From Rubellimicrobium sp. (GTDB taxonomy: Bacteria; Pseudomonadota; Alphaproteobacteria; Rhodobacterales; Rhodobacteraceae): a stretch of DNA of 64,000 nt. The DNA lies in contig JACFNP010000008.1 in NCBI GenBank assembly GCA_019454835.1, positions 3,778 to 67,777 of the forward strand, read 5' to 3'. Made by a program: the position numbers and the translations under genes. The notes below the pieces were generated by a model. The model was not told the DNA's origin. It did not search any database and saw only the letters and a program-made list of their open reading frames with translations. This document shows positions 41,055 to 52,114 of the stretch, one piece after another (within the stretch, counting starts at the first letter, position 1; every line of letters begins with the position of its first letter).

Positions 41055-41083
41055 ACCCGAAATGCCGCGCGACCCGGCGGCCC

Positions 41084-42118
41084 CTACCCGCGCGGGATGG
41101 CCAGTTCGGTTGCCGGGTCGAACAGGTGGACCTTGTCCACCGGCGCTGCGGCACGGACCGTCTGCCCGGCCTCGAAACGGTCGTGGGCGCCTGCGCTGGC
41201 GGTCACCGGCACCGGCCCGGCCATGAAATGCACCAGCGTCTCGGGGCCGAGCGGCTCCATCGCCGTCACCTGCCCTTCCAGCCGCAGCCCGGTGCCGTCG
41301 CCGCCGACGATCAGGTCGTGCGGGCGCACCCCGGCCAGCACCCGGCCCGCGCCCTGTGCGGGGACATAGGCGCCGCCCTCGGCCTGCGCGGCAAGGATGT
41401 TCATCGAGGGCGTGCCGATGAAGCGGGCGGTGAACACGTCGCCGGGGTGGTCGTAGATTTCCATCGGCGTCGCCGCCTGAAGGATGCGGCCGTCCTTCAT
41501 CACCACGATGCGGTCGGCCATGGTCATGGCCTCGACCTGATCGTGGGTGACATAGGCGATGGTGGTGCCAAGCCGCGCGTGCAATGCCTTGATTTCAATA
41601 CGCATCTGGGCGCGCAACTGGGCATCGAGGTTGGACAGGGGTTCGTCGAACAGGAACGCCGCCGGGCTGCGCACCATGGCGCGACCGATGGCGACCCGCT
41701 GCCTCTGCCCGCCCGACAGCGCCGAAGGCCGCCGGTCCAGCAGCGGCGTCAGGCCAAGGATCGCGGCGGCGTCCTCGACCTGTTTCCTCTTTTCGGCCTT
41801 CGACAACCTCGCGGTATAAAGGCCGAAGGCGATGTTCTGGCGCACCGTAAGGTGCGGATAGATCGCGTAGTTCTGGAACACCATGGCGATGTCGCGCGCC
41901 TTGGGATCAAGCTCGTTCACCACCCGCCCGCCGATGCGGATTTCGCCCGAGGTCACTTCGTCCAGCCCGGCCAGCATCCGCAATGTGGTCGATTTCCCGC
42001 AGCCCGAGGGGCCGACGAACACGACGAATTCGCCATCGGCAATGTCGAGGTCGATGCCGTGGATCACGGTGTTCCTGCCGTAGCTTTTCACCAGCTTGCG
42101 AAGTTCGATCTGCGCCAT
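41084..42118 (-). CDS. sugar/glycerol-3-P type ABC transporter ATP-binding protein (UgpC/MalK-like)
   Basis: Walker [10 protein letters not shown], signature [15 protein letters not shown]-terminal TOBE-like region. Confidence 0.85.
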   Translation of the reverse strand: MAQIELRKLVKSYGRNTVIHGIDLDIADGEFVVFVGPSGCGKSTTLRMLAGLDEVTSGEIRIGGRVVNELDPKARDIAMVFQNYAIYPHLTVRQNIAFGLYTARLSKAEKRKQVEDAAAILGLTPLLDRRPSALSGGQRQRVAIGRAMVRSPAAFLFDEPLSNLDAQLRAQMRIEIKALHARLGTTIAYVTHDQVEAMTMADRIVVMKDGRILQAATPMEIYDHPGDVFTARFIGTPSMNILAAQAEGGAYVPAQGAGRVLAGVRPHDLIVGGDGTGLRLEGQVTAMEPLGPETLVHFMAGPVPVTASAGAHDRFEAGQTVRAAAPVDKVHLFDPATELAIPRG

Positions 42119-43611
42119 CAGTTGGTCTCCAGCAGGGCGGCGAAGGCGGCGGTCAGGTCGGCCTCGGCCCGCGCCTCGCGCGTGGCGATGTCTTGTGCGC
42201 GCGTGGCAAAGCGGGCGGCGGCGGCGCGGTAGCTGGCCAGCGCCTCGGCCAGCGCCTCGGGCGCGGGGCCGCCGAAGCGGTTGCGCACCGCGACGAAATG
42301 CTCGGGCGAGACGATCTCGCGGAACCGCTCCGGGGTGATGGTGCTTTCCGCTCCCGTGGCCTGCGCGAAGGCCGCGCGAAACGGCGCGTAACCGCCCGAG
42401 GCCAGACTTTCGCCCGCCGCCACCACCGCGCGGGCGGTTGCGGCGGCGATCTCATGCGCCTGCCGGAAGGACAGGCCCGCGTCGCGCACCAGCGAATCCG
42501 CCAGTTCGGTGATGGTGATGCAGGCGCGGTCGATGTTGCGCGCCACCTGCGCCGCGTTGACCTGCAGCGATGGCACGAAGGCCGCGAGCAGCCGCAGCAC
42601 CCGCGATCCGCTGGCGAATGCCTGATGACCGGCGGCCTGACTTTCGCCCTCGCTGTCGTTCATGTCGGTAAAAGGCGTGTTGTGCATGATGGTCAGCATC
42701 ATCTGCGCCCGGCCCACGGTCTGGCTGGCCAGATGGCGCATGTGCTCGATCGGCACCGGATTGCGTTTCTGCGGCATGATCGAGGAAATCTGCACGAAGG
42801 CATCGGGGACGTGAATCTGCGCGACCTCGAAACTGGACCAGACCTGCAGATCCTGAATCAGCCGCCCCAGATGCAGGAACAGCAGTTCCAGCGCCGCATA
42901 GCTGCCGGTGATGTAATCGACCGCCGCGATACAGGAATAGGAATTGCGCTGCGGGGCGGCAAAGCCCAGCAGATCGGCGACCCGCGCCCGGTCGACCGGA
43001 AAGCCGGTGGTGGTGATCGCCGCCGCCCCCATGGAACACAGGTCACAGGTGGCGCGCGCGGATTCCAGCCGTTCCATGTCGCGGATCAGCACCTCGATGG
43101 CCGCAGACAGGTAATGCCCGAAGGTGGTCGGCTGCGCGGGCTGGCCGTGGGTATAGGCGACGATCAGGGTCTGCGCCTCGCGTTCCCCGGTGTCGATCAG
43201 CGCCGCCAGCAGCGACCGGCAATCGGCCAGCGCGCCGTCGATGCGGGCCTTCAGCGCGATCTTGAACAAGGTGTGGTCGATGTCGTTGCGCGAACGCGCG
43301 GTGTGCAGCCGCCCGCCAATGTCGGGGCCGGTGCGGGCCTTCAATTCGGCCTCGCGCAGGAAGAAGTAATCCTCGACCTCGCCGGTATAGGTCAGGCTCG
43401 CGGGGTCGATCTGCGTGTCGATTTCAACCAGCGCGCGGGCGATGGTGGCGGCCACACCGGGCGGCAGGATGCCGGTCTCGGCCAGCATCACCAGATGCGC
43501 GCGGTCGATGCGGCGGAAGCCCTCGGCATGGTCGTCGCGGGCGTTGTCGAACAAGGGCGCCAGCACGGTGTCGCGATAGACCGGGTCGGGAAAGCGGCTG
43601 TAATCGGTCAT
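42118..43611 (-). CDS. argininosuccinate-lyase-like fumarate-lyase superfamily enzyme
   Basis: Superfamily signature [10 protein letters not shown] plus TARSRND and YTHGQPAQP. Embedded between ABC genes with a 1-nt stop/start overlap. Confidence 0.8.
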   Translation of the reverse strand: MTDYSRFPDPVYRDTVLAPLFDNARDDHAEGFRRIDRAHLVMLAETGILPPGVAATIARALVEIDTQIDPASLTYTGEVEDYFFLREAELKARTGPDIGGRLHTARSRNDIDHTLFKIALKARIDGALADCRSLLAALIDTGEREAQTLIVAYTHGQPAQPTTFGHYLSAAIEVLIRDMERLESARATCDLCSMGAAAITTTGFPVDRARVADLLGFAAPQRNSYSCIAAVDYITGSYAALELLFLHLGRLIQDLQVWSSFEVAQIHVPDAFVQISSIMPQKRNPVPIEHMRHLASQTVGRAQMMLTIMHNTPFTDMNDSEGESQAAGHQAFASGSRVLRLLAAFVPSLQVNAAQVARNIDRACITITELADSLVRDAGLSFRQAHEIAAATARAVVAAGESLASGGYAPFRAAFAQATGAESTITPERFREIVSPEHFVAVRNRFGGPAPEALAEALASYRAAAARFATRAQDIATREARAEADLTAAFAALLETN

Positions 43612-43612
43612 C

Positions 43613-44464
43613 TTACCCTTTCAGCCCGGCCAGCATGACGCCGCGCACGATGAACTTCTGCAGCGCGAGGAACACCACCAAAGTCGGGATCGTCGCCAGC
43701 GCCGCGCCGGTCATGATCATTTCCCACTGGATCGACTGTTCGACCGCGAAACTCGTCAGGCCCACCGGCAATGTGTAAAGCTCTTTCGACGTGGTCACGA
43801 TCAGCGGCCAGAAGAACGCGGTCCAGTTGCCCAGGAAGGCAAAGATCGCCAGCGCCGAAATGGCGGGCGTCACCAGCGGCATCGCCACCTTCCACCAGAT
43901 CGTGAACTCGTTGAGCCCGTCGATCCGCGCGGCTTCGAGGAAGTCGTCGGGCACCGTCTCGAAGAACTGCTTCATCAGGAAGGTGCCGAAGGCGGTCATC
44001 ATGCCGGGAAACGCGATGCCCCAGTAACTGTCGAGCCAGCCGAAATTGGCGCTCATGAGATACCAGGGGATCACCAGCATCTCGGTCGGGATCATCAGCG
44101 TGGACAGGATCGCCAGGAACACGAACATCCGCCCGCGAAAGCGGAACTTGGCCAGCGTGTAGCCGACGAGGCTGTCGAAAAACACGCTCGACACCGTGAC
44201 CGCCACCGCAACGATCATCGAGTTGACGAACCAGCGCAGAAACCGTCCGTCGGCCAGCACCTTGATGTAATTGTCCAGCGTCGGCCGCGCCGGGATCAGG
44301 CGCAGGTCGTAGATCTGCCCCGATGTCTTCAGCGAGGTCGAGAACATGAACAGGATCGGCGTGACCATGATGACGCCGCCGATGAAAACCAGCGTCCAGG
44401 TCAGGATGCGACCGGGGCGGATGCGGCCCTTGGGCAGCGGCGGGGCGATGTCGGCTGCACTCAT
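43613..44464 (-). CDS. carbohydrate ABC transporter permease (UgpE/MalG-like)
   Basis: Start MSAADIAPP at 44464; ATGA overlap with the upstream permease. Confidence 0.85.
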   Translation of the reverse strand: MSAADIAPPLPKGRIRPGRILTWTLVFIGGVIMVTPILFMFSTSLKTSGQIYDLRLIPARPTLDNYIKVLADGRFLRWFVNSMIVAVAVTVSSVFFDSLVGYTLAKFRFRGRMFVFLAILSTLMIPTEMLVIPWYLMSANFGWLDSYWGIAFPGMMTAFGTFLMKQFFETVPDDFLEAARIDGLNEFTIWWKVAMPLVTPAISALAIFAFLGNWTAFFWPLIVTTSKELYTLPVGLTSFAVEQSIQWEMIMTGAALATIPTLVVFLALQKFIVRGVMLAGLKG

Positions 44465-45387
44465 CCGCGGTCTCGCAAAATCCAGAGTTGCAGGAGCGAG
44501 ATCACCAGCAGCACCGTGAACAGCACCACTGTCATCGCCGAGGCATAGCCCATCTGATAGGACTGGAACGCGGTCTGGTAGATCAGCAGCACCAGCGGCT
44601 TGGTCGACCCCAGCGGCCCGCCGGGGTCGTTGGTGGTCATGTTGTAGACCTGATCGAAGATGCGCAGGAAGCCGATCGACGAGAACACCACCAGAAACAC
44701 CGTCGTCGGTTTCAGCAGCGGCAGGGTGATCCTCCGCAGGATCGCGCCTGCGCCCAGCCCGTCGATATGGGCGGCCTCGTAGTAGCTTTGCGGAATCGCG
44801 CGCAGCCCGGCCATGAAGATGATGATCTGGAAGCCCAGCCCCGCCCAGATCGCCGTCACCATGATCGAGGGCAGCGCCCAGGTGGTCGAGCGCAGGAAAT
44901 CGAGACCCGGTATCCCCATCGCGCCCAGCGCCGAATTGATGATGCCGGTGGGCGCGGGCTGGTAGAACCAGCGCCAGACCCAGCCCATGGCCGAAGCCGT
45001 GGTCAGGAACGGCAGGAAATAGAGCGCGCGCAGGAAGGTATGCCCGAAGCGCAGCTTGTCGAGGTAATAGGCGATGACGAACGACAGGACCAGGCTGATC
45101 GGCGTGCCGAGGATCAGGTAGGCGAAGGTATTGCGGAACACCTGCCAGAAATCGCGCGAGGTGAAGAGCCGCAGGTAATTGTCGAACCAGATGAACTCCG
45201 GCCCGCGTCGCAGGTTGCCGGGGTTGGCGTTGGTCAGCGACAGCCAGAACGCATCGAGCGTGGGGTAGAAGCGGATCACCCCGTAGAACAGCAGGGGCAG
45301 GGCCAGAAAGCCCCACACCCACAGCGCACGCCTCGTGCGCATGGACAGGCGCGGCGCGCCGGTGTCGGCAGTAGTCGTCATCTGCAC
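44461..45387 (-). CDS. carbohydrate ABC transporter permease (UgpA/MalF-like)
   Basis: 308-aa ORF with a BPD-transport permease profile. Confidence 0.85.
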   Translation of the reverse strand: MQMTTTADTGAPRLSMRTRRALWVWGFLALPLLFYGVIRFYPTLDAFWLSLTNANPGNLRRGPEFIWFDNYLRLFTSRDFWQVFRNTFAYLILGTPISLVLSFVIAYYLDKLRFGHTFLRALYFLPFLTTASAMGWVWRWFYQPAPTGIINSALGAMGIPGLDFLRSTTWALPSIMVTAIWAGLGFQIIIFMAGLRAIPQSYYEAAHIDGLGAGAILRRITLPLLKPTTVFLVVFSSIGFLRIFDQVYNMTTNDPGGPLGSTKPLVLLIYQTAFQSYQMGYASAMTVVLFTVLLVISLLQLWILRDRG

Positions 45388-45413
45388 GCCGTCCTGTCCC
45401 CTGCCCTCGGGCC

Positions 45414-46655
45414 TCAGTTGGCCTGATCGAGGATCGCCTGCTCCTGCGCGGCGGCCTCGGCGACCGAATCCTCGGGCGACTGGCCTTGCAGCAGGATGCG
45501 GTTCACCATGTCGATGGCGACCTGCCGCTGACCCGCCTCGTCAAGGAACTGGGTCGTATGGGCATATTCCAGCCCCTTGAGGAACGGCCCGTAGATCGGG
45601 TCCGAAGCGTTCGCTTCGGTCAGCGCGGCCGCGCGGCGGGCCGGAAGCTCGCCCACGACTTCAAGCCAGACCTGCATCGCCTCGGGGGTGGTGACGAAGG
45701 CGAGGAACTTCTCGGCCGCCTCCAGCTCCTCACCCTCGGCACCGGCACCGATGCCGTTGGCGAAGTAGGATGCGTAGTTGGAGCGCATCCCGTCGTTGTT
45801 GGCCGGAAGCTCGGTCACGCCCCATTCGAAATCCTCGATGCCGCCGAAGGCGCCCAGACGGAAGGTGCCGTCGATGGTCATGGCGGCGCGACCGGCGCGG
45901 AAAGCCGCCTGGCCTTCGTCCATGAAGCCCGAGGTGCCGACGTGATGCACGGTCTCGAGGTCGGTATACCACCGCGTCGCCGCAACGCCCGCCTCGCTGT
46001 TGTAGGTGACGGTGCGGTTGTCGTCGCTGTAGGGGGCGCCGCCGAACTGGCGCACCAGCGCCTCGCGCCACCACTGGTGATCCTGCCCGGCCATGTCGAG
46101 GGTAATGCCCTCGGTGGTGATGTTGCCACCGGCGTCACGCTCGGTCAGGGCGATGGCGTCGGCGACCAGCTCGTCGAGCGTCTCGGGCGGGTTGTCGATG
46201 CCCGCCGCCGCGAACAGGTTCTTGTTGTAGAACAACGCCAGCGAGCGCACCGCCGTCGGCAGCCCGTAATATTCGCCGTCGCGCACCATGGCGCCGACGA
46301 TGGGGAAGAACTCCGATTCGATCATCTCGTGCGGGAAGGCGTCCTGCGAAAGCGGCTGCAGCACACCGGCATCGACGAACGTGTCGGTCCAGCCATAGAA
46401 CAGTTGCAGCACGTCCGGCCCGTTGCCCGCCAGATTCGCGGCGATCACGCGGGTCTGGTAGTCGGCATAGGGGAAGGTCACCTGCTTCACGGTGATGTCG
46501 GGGTTCTCGGCCTCGAACATCTCGATCAGGCGGTCCATCGCCTCGACGCGGGTGTCGAAGATATACTGCCAGTATTCGATCTCGACCGCGCCCGCCGATT
46601 GCGCCGCGAACATGGCCGAACCGGCCAGAAGCATCGCCTTGAGCGTTCTCGTCAT
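45414..46655 (-). CDS. extracellular solute-binding protein family 1 (sugar type)
   Basis: Start MTRTLKAMLLAGSAMFAAQSAGA at 46655, preceded by AAGGAGAA. Confidence 0.85.
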   Translation of the reverse strand: MTRTLKAMLLAGSAMFAAQSAGAVEIEYWQYIFDTRVEAMDRLIEMFEAENPDITVKQVTFPYADYQTRVIAANLAGNGPDVLQLFYGWTDTFVDAGVLQPLSQDAFPHEMIESEFFPIVGAMVRDGEYYGLPTAVRSLALFYNKNLFAAAGIDNPPETLDELVADAIALTERDAGGNITTEGITLDMAGQDHQWWREALVRQFGGAPYSDDNRTVTYNSEAGVAATRWYTDLETVHHVGTSGFMDEGQAAFRAGRAAMTIDGTFRLGAFGGIEDFEWGVTELPANNDGMRSNYASYFANGIGAGAEGEELEAAEKFLAFVTTPEAMQVWLEVVGELPARRAAALTEANASDPIYGPFLKGLEYAHTTQFLDEAGQRQVAIDMVNRILLQGQSPEDSVAEAAAQEQAILDQAN

Positions 46656-46916
46656 CTTCTCGTTCTCCTTGCCTGCGGCATGATGCCGCTTGTGTTTGTT
46701 GCGCCTGCGGACCCGATCCCGCGCTCGGGACCGGAAGGCACCGGCCGGTCGAGGCTGAACCCAGCCTGCGGAAACCGTCAACGCGATAACCCGCTTGAGT
46801 TCCGGCGGCCATGGTGGCAGGCCAAGCACAGATCTAGCGCAGCCTGCAACCGGCCACCAGCCACCCGCCGGGCGGGCCGGTCCGCCTGCGCGCAACCGCC
46901 GGAAAGGACACGCCTC

Positions 46917-49373
46917 ATGCCCGCCATCCATGCGCCCGCCCGTCTTGCCGCGCGCGAGGCCGCCCCCGCGCTGCTGCGCCTGCACCGGGCGCTGTCGCGG
47001 CTGTCGGGGGTGCTCACGGTGATGAACAGCGGCGCCCACCCCGACGACGAACAGAGCGGGCTTCTGGCCTGGCTGCGCTTTGGCCTGGGTCACCGGGTGG
47101 TGATCGCCTGCTCGACACGCGGCGAGGGCGGGCAGAACGCGCTGGGTCCGGCGCGCGGCGGGCTTCTGGGCCTGATCCGCACCCGCGAGATGGAGGAAGC
47201 CGCGCGGGTGCTGGATTGCGATGTCGCCTGGCTGGGATTCGGCCCGAACGATCCGGTGCATGACTTCGGCTTTTCCAAGGACGGCGACGCCACCTTCGCC
47301 CGCTGGGGCGAGGCGCGCGTGGTCGAGCGGCTGGCGCGCGCCTTTCGCCAGTATCGCCCCGATGTGGTGATCCCGACATTTCTGGACGTGCCCGGCCAGC
47401 ACGGCCACCACCGCGCCATGACCCGCGCGGCGCTGGCGGCCATCGCGCCCGCCGCCGATCCGTCCGCCGACCCCGGCGACGATCTGCCGCCTTGGCAGGT
47501 CACCCATCTCTACCTGCCCGCCTGGAGCGGCGGCGGTGGCACCTACGACGACACCGAGCCGCCGCCCGAGGCGACACTGACCGTGACGGCCGGGGCGCTC
47601 GATCCGGCGACCGGCACCAGCTATGCGGAGATCGGCGAATGGTCGCGCAGGCGCCATGCGACTCAGGGCATGGGCACCTGGCACGACACCCCGCAGCGCG
47701 AATGGCGGCTGCATCTGGCAGGCGGCGCGCCCGAGACGCGGCTTGCGCAGTCCCTGCCCGCGACCCTCGCCGAACTTGCCCCGCTCTGCGGCCCCGCGAC
47801 CGCCGACCTGGCCGAGGCGGCGGCAGCCATCACCGAGGCACAGGCCGCCTTCCCGGCGCAGGGGCCGATCATCGCGCGGCTGGCCGATGCCGACCGGGCG
47901 CTTGAGCGCGCGCAGGCGCTGCTGCCGCCCGAGACCGCCGCCGCCCATGGCCACCGCCTGACCCGCAAGCGCCGCGAGGTCGGCGCCGCGCTGGCCGAGG
48001 CCGCCGGTCTGGCGCCGGTCGCCAGCGCCACGATCCTGCCGAAACACGGGCGCTCGGAGATTTCCGTGACCCTGCACCAGCCCGACCCGCATCAGGCGCA
48101 GGAGGCCCGCGCCCGGTTGCAGGTCGAGGGTGCGCCCGCAGGCGCCGAGGTCGCGCTTGCCGGTCCGGCCACCGACTGCGGCAGCGTCATTGCCGATGAC
48201 CTTGCGCTGGCCTCGCAGTTTCGCGCGGGCTTCGATCCGCTGGGCGGCAACGGCCCGGTTCACGTCACGCTGACGGCGCGGATCGCCGGGCGTCCGGTCA
48301 GCATCGGGATCGACCCCGAACCCGGCCCCCTGCCCGGCCCGGCCGCAGAGATCACCCTGCGCCCCTCGGTGCTGATCCGCCGCAGGGGCGATACCGGGGT
48401 GCTGGCGGCGATGATCGGCGGCGGTGCCGCGACGATCACGCCGCCGCCGGGCTGGCAGGTGACGCAGCAGGACGCGCGGCTTTCGATCATCGCGCCCGAG
48501 GACAGCCCGGCGGGCCGCGTGGACCTGATCCCGAGGATCGGCGGCAGGCAGGCGGTCACCGTGACGCGCGCCAGCCATCCCCACACCGGCACCGTCATGC
48601 TCTGCACGCCTGCGGTGCTGCCGGTGCTGACGCTGGACGTGAACCTGCCCGAGGGCGCACGCATCGCCTATGTCGGCGCGGGCGATTCGGTCGGGCTGTG
48701 GCTGAAGCGGATCGGCCTGCAGGTGACGATTCTGGACCAGATCGCCCCGGACGAGGATTTCGCCCGCTTCACGACCGTGGTTGCGGGCGTAGTCGCCTTC
48801 GGTGCCCGCCCCGATCTGGCCGCCGCGACCGAAAGGCTTCATGCGTTCACGCAAGGCGGCGGCCACCTGGTCACGCTCTACCAGCGCCCCGATCAGGGCT
48901 GGGACGCGGTGCGCACCCCGCCGCTGCCGCTGACCGTCGGGACGCCCTCGCTGCGCTGGCGCGTCACCGACCCTGCGGCGCCGGTGACGATCCTCGCCCC
49001 CGATCATCCGCTGCTGGCCGGTCCCAACCGCATCACCGCCGCCGACTTCGACGGCTGGGACAAGGAGCGCGGCCTCTATTTCGCTGCCGCCCACGACCCG
49101 GCATATGTCGAACTGCTGGCAATGTCGGACGCGGGCGAGGCGCCGCTGACCGGCAGCCTCGTCAGCGCCGGGGTGGGGGCGGGGCGGCACACGCATACGG
49201 GACTGGTGCTGCATCACCAGCTCGACCGGCTGGTGCCCGGCGCGTTCCGGCTGATGGCGAATCTGGTGCAAGCGGCACCCGTCATTGCGAGCGAAGCGAA
49301 GCAACCCCGACCGCTCACACACAACATCGGGGTTGCCGCGTCGCCTTCGGCTCCTCGCAATGACGGGGGGTAA
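46917..49373 (+). CDS. PIG-L/LmbE-family deacetylase with long C-terminal extension
   Basis: AHPDDE motif near the N-terminus. The last ~30 codons and the stop lie inside repeat copy 16. Confidence 0.75.
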   Translation: MPAIHAPARLAAREAAPALLRLHRALSRLSGVLTVMNSGAHPDDEQSGLLAWLRFGLGHRVVIACSTRGEGGQNALGPARGGLLGLIRTREMEEAARVLDCDVAWLGFGPNDPVHDFGFSKDGDATFARWGEARVVERLARAFRQYRPDVVIPTFLDVPGQHGHHRAMTRAALAAIAPAADPSADPGDDLPPWQVTHLYLPAWSGGGGTYDDTEPPPEATLTVTAGALDPATGTSYAEIGEWSRRRHATQGMGTWHDTPQREWRLHLAGGAPETRLAQSLPATLAELAPLCGPATADLAEAAAAITEAQAAFPAQGPIIARLADADRALERAQALLPPETAAAHGHRLTRKRREVGAALAEAAGLAPVASATILPKHGRSEISVTLHQPDPHQAQEARARLQVEGAPAGAEVALAGPATDCGSVIADDLALASQFRAGFDPLGGNGPVHVTLTARIAGRPVSIGIDPEPGPLPGPAAEITLRPSVLIRRRGDTGVLAAMIGGGAATITPPPGWQVTQQDARLSIIAPEDSPAGRVDLIPRIGGRQAVTVTRASHPHTGTVMLCTPAVLPVLTLDVNLPEGARIAYVGAGDSVGLWLKRIGLQVTILDQIAPDEDFARFTTVVAGVVAFGARPDLAAATERLHAFTQGGGHLVTLYQRPDQGWDAVRTPPLPLTVGTPSLRWRVTDPAAPVTILAPDHPLLAGPNRITAADFDGWDKERGLYFAAAHDPAYVELLAMSDAGEAPLTGSLVSAGVGAGRHTHTGLVLHHQLDRLVPGAFRLMANLVQAAPVIASEAKQPRPLTHNIGVAASPSAPRNDGG
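49281..49363 (+). repeat. element copy 16 (A loop, F, B-type right arm)
   Basis: Supplies the last codons and the stop of the PIG-L gene. Confidence 0.9.
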
Positions 49374-49375
49374 TC

Positions 49376-49462
49376 GTCATTGCGAGCCGCAAGGCGAAGC
49401 AACCTCGACCGCTCACACATAACATCGAGGTTGCCGCGTCGCCTTCGGCTCCTCGCAATGAC
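49376..49462 (+). repeat. element copy 17 (A loop, F)
   Basis: 12-nt spacer GGGGGGTAATC-type before it. Confidence 0.9.
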
Positions 49463-49473
49463 GGGGAATAATC

Positions 49474-49559
49474 GTCATTGCGAGCCGCAGGCGAAGCAAC
49501 CCCGACCTCTCGCGCACAAGATCGAGGTTGCTTCGTCGGCTGCGCCTCCTCGCAATGAC
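49474..49559 (+). repeat. element copy 18 (A loop, F)
   Basis: 11-nt spacer GGGGAATAATC before it. Confidence 0.9.
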
Positions 49560-49649
49560 GACGCGCCTGCTCGCGCCGCCGAACGCCCTTGCGCCCGCAG
49601 GGGGGCTGGCCCATAGCTCGGGCGAATTTCCGCTTTTCCGGTCAGGCAG

Positions 49650-50537
49650 ATGAACAACGCACCGAGGGGCATCACCCTGATGGTCCTGTCGATGGCCGGG
49701 TTCGCCGTCGAGGACACATTCATCAAGCTCGCCTCGGCGGGAATGCCGCTGGGCGAGATCATCGCGATTCTCGGCCTCGGCGGCACGATCTTCTTTGCCA
49801 CGCTGGCGCGGCTGACCGGACGGCCGGGGCTGCTGTCGCGCGGGTTCTTCACGCCTGCGGTCGTCGCGCGCAACCTGGGCGAGATGGTGGGGACGGCGGG
49901 CTATCTGCTGGGCATCACGCTTGCCGCGCTCACCACCTCGACCGCCGTGTTCCAGGCGCTGCCGCTGGCGGTGACGCTGGGGGCGGCGCTGTTTCTGGGC
50001 GAGAGCATCGGCTGGCGGCGCACCCTTGCGATCACGGCGGGCTTTGTCGGCGTCATCGTCATCATCCGCCCCGGCGCCGCCGGGTTCGAGCCTGCGCTGC
50101 TATGGACGGTGCTCGGCGTCGCGGGCCTGACGGTGCGCGATCTGGCCACGCGGCGCACGCCTGCCCATGTCGACACGGTGCAGCTTGCCGCCTGGGGCAT
50201 GGCCGTCAGCTTCGTTCTGGGCCTCGGGATGCTGGCCGTCACCGGCGGCGCGGTGATCCCCGACCGGCATCTGGCGCTGCTGGTGCTGGGCAGCATGGTC
50301 GCCGACTTCGGCGCCTATCTGGCCCTGACCGAGGCGACGCGGGTGGCCGAGGCCGGGGTGACGACGCCCTTCCGCTATTCGCGGCTTGTGTTCGCGCTTG
50401 TCCCCGGCTGGTTCGTCTTCGGCGAACGCCCCGACGCCTGGACCTGGGCGGGGGCGGTGCTGATCGTCGGTTCGGGCCTCTACGCGCTGGCCCGCGAACG
50501 GCGGCGCAGGCTTTCCCCGGCGCCCGCCGCGCGGTAA
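49650..50537 (+). CDS. DMT-superfamily (EamA-type) transporter
   Basis: 295 aa, 10-TMS-type profile. Confidence 0.8.
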   Translation: MNNAPRGITLMVLSMAGFAVEDTFIKLASAGMPLGEIIAILGLGGTIFFATLARLTGRPGLLSRGFFTPAVVARNLGEMVGTAGYLLGITLAALTTSTAVFQALPLAVTLGAALFLGESIGWRRTLAITAGFVGVIVIIRPGAAGFEPALLWTVLGVAGLTVRDLATRRTPAHVDTVQLAAWGMAVSFVLGLGMLAVTGGAVIPDRHLALLVLGSMVADFGAYLALTEATRVAEAGVTTPFRYSRLVFALVPGWFVFGERPDAWTWAGAVLIVGSGLYALARERRRRLSPAPAAR

Positions 50538-51854
<1,317 letters not shown>

Positions 51855-51856
51855 CG

Positions 51857-52114
51857 ATGCACGCGGGCGGGACCGTCGAGGTCGATGCCCGTGACCTGCT
51901 GTGTCCGCTGCCGGTGCTGCGGGCGCGCAAGGTGCTGCTGGGCCTCCCCGAAGGCACGCTGGTGCGCGTGCTGGCCACCGACGCCATGGCGCGCATCGAC
52001 CTGCCGCATTTCTGCGCGCAATCGGGGCACACGCATCTGTCGCTGACCGACGAGGACGGCGCACAGGTGCATGTCATCCGGCGCGGCCCGGACCGCCCCG
52101 AGGCGGACGCATGA
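51857..52114 (+). CDS. TusA/SirA-family sulfurtransferase-like protein
   Basis: 85 aa with DARDLLCPLPVLRARK (the CPxP active-site motif). Confidence 0.7.
   Translation: MHAGGTVEVDARDLLCPLPVLRARKVLLGLPEGTLVRVLATDAMARIDLPHFCAQSGHTHLSLTDEDGAQVHVIRRGPDRPEADA

Noticed and set aside
45414-49322. Very long track ORFs on the strand or frame opposite to recognisable genes, e.g. 45414..49322(-) upstream part, 52071..56195(+), 9221..11683(-), 7212..9263(-), 1247..2911(+), 35013..37832(+)
   Set aside because: Their Arg/Ala/Gly/Pro-rich low-complexity translations are typical of stop-codon-poor alternative frames in high-GC DNA. Each overlaps a gene with clear family motifs in another frame.
49281-49559. 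CRISPR-like appearance: three ~86-bp direct repeats with short spacers (doublets elsewhere look similar)
   Set aside because: The spacers are only 11-12 nt and resemble each other. The repeats are long internal palindromes identical to the dispersed element family. No cas genes or leader are present.
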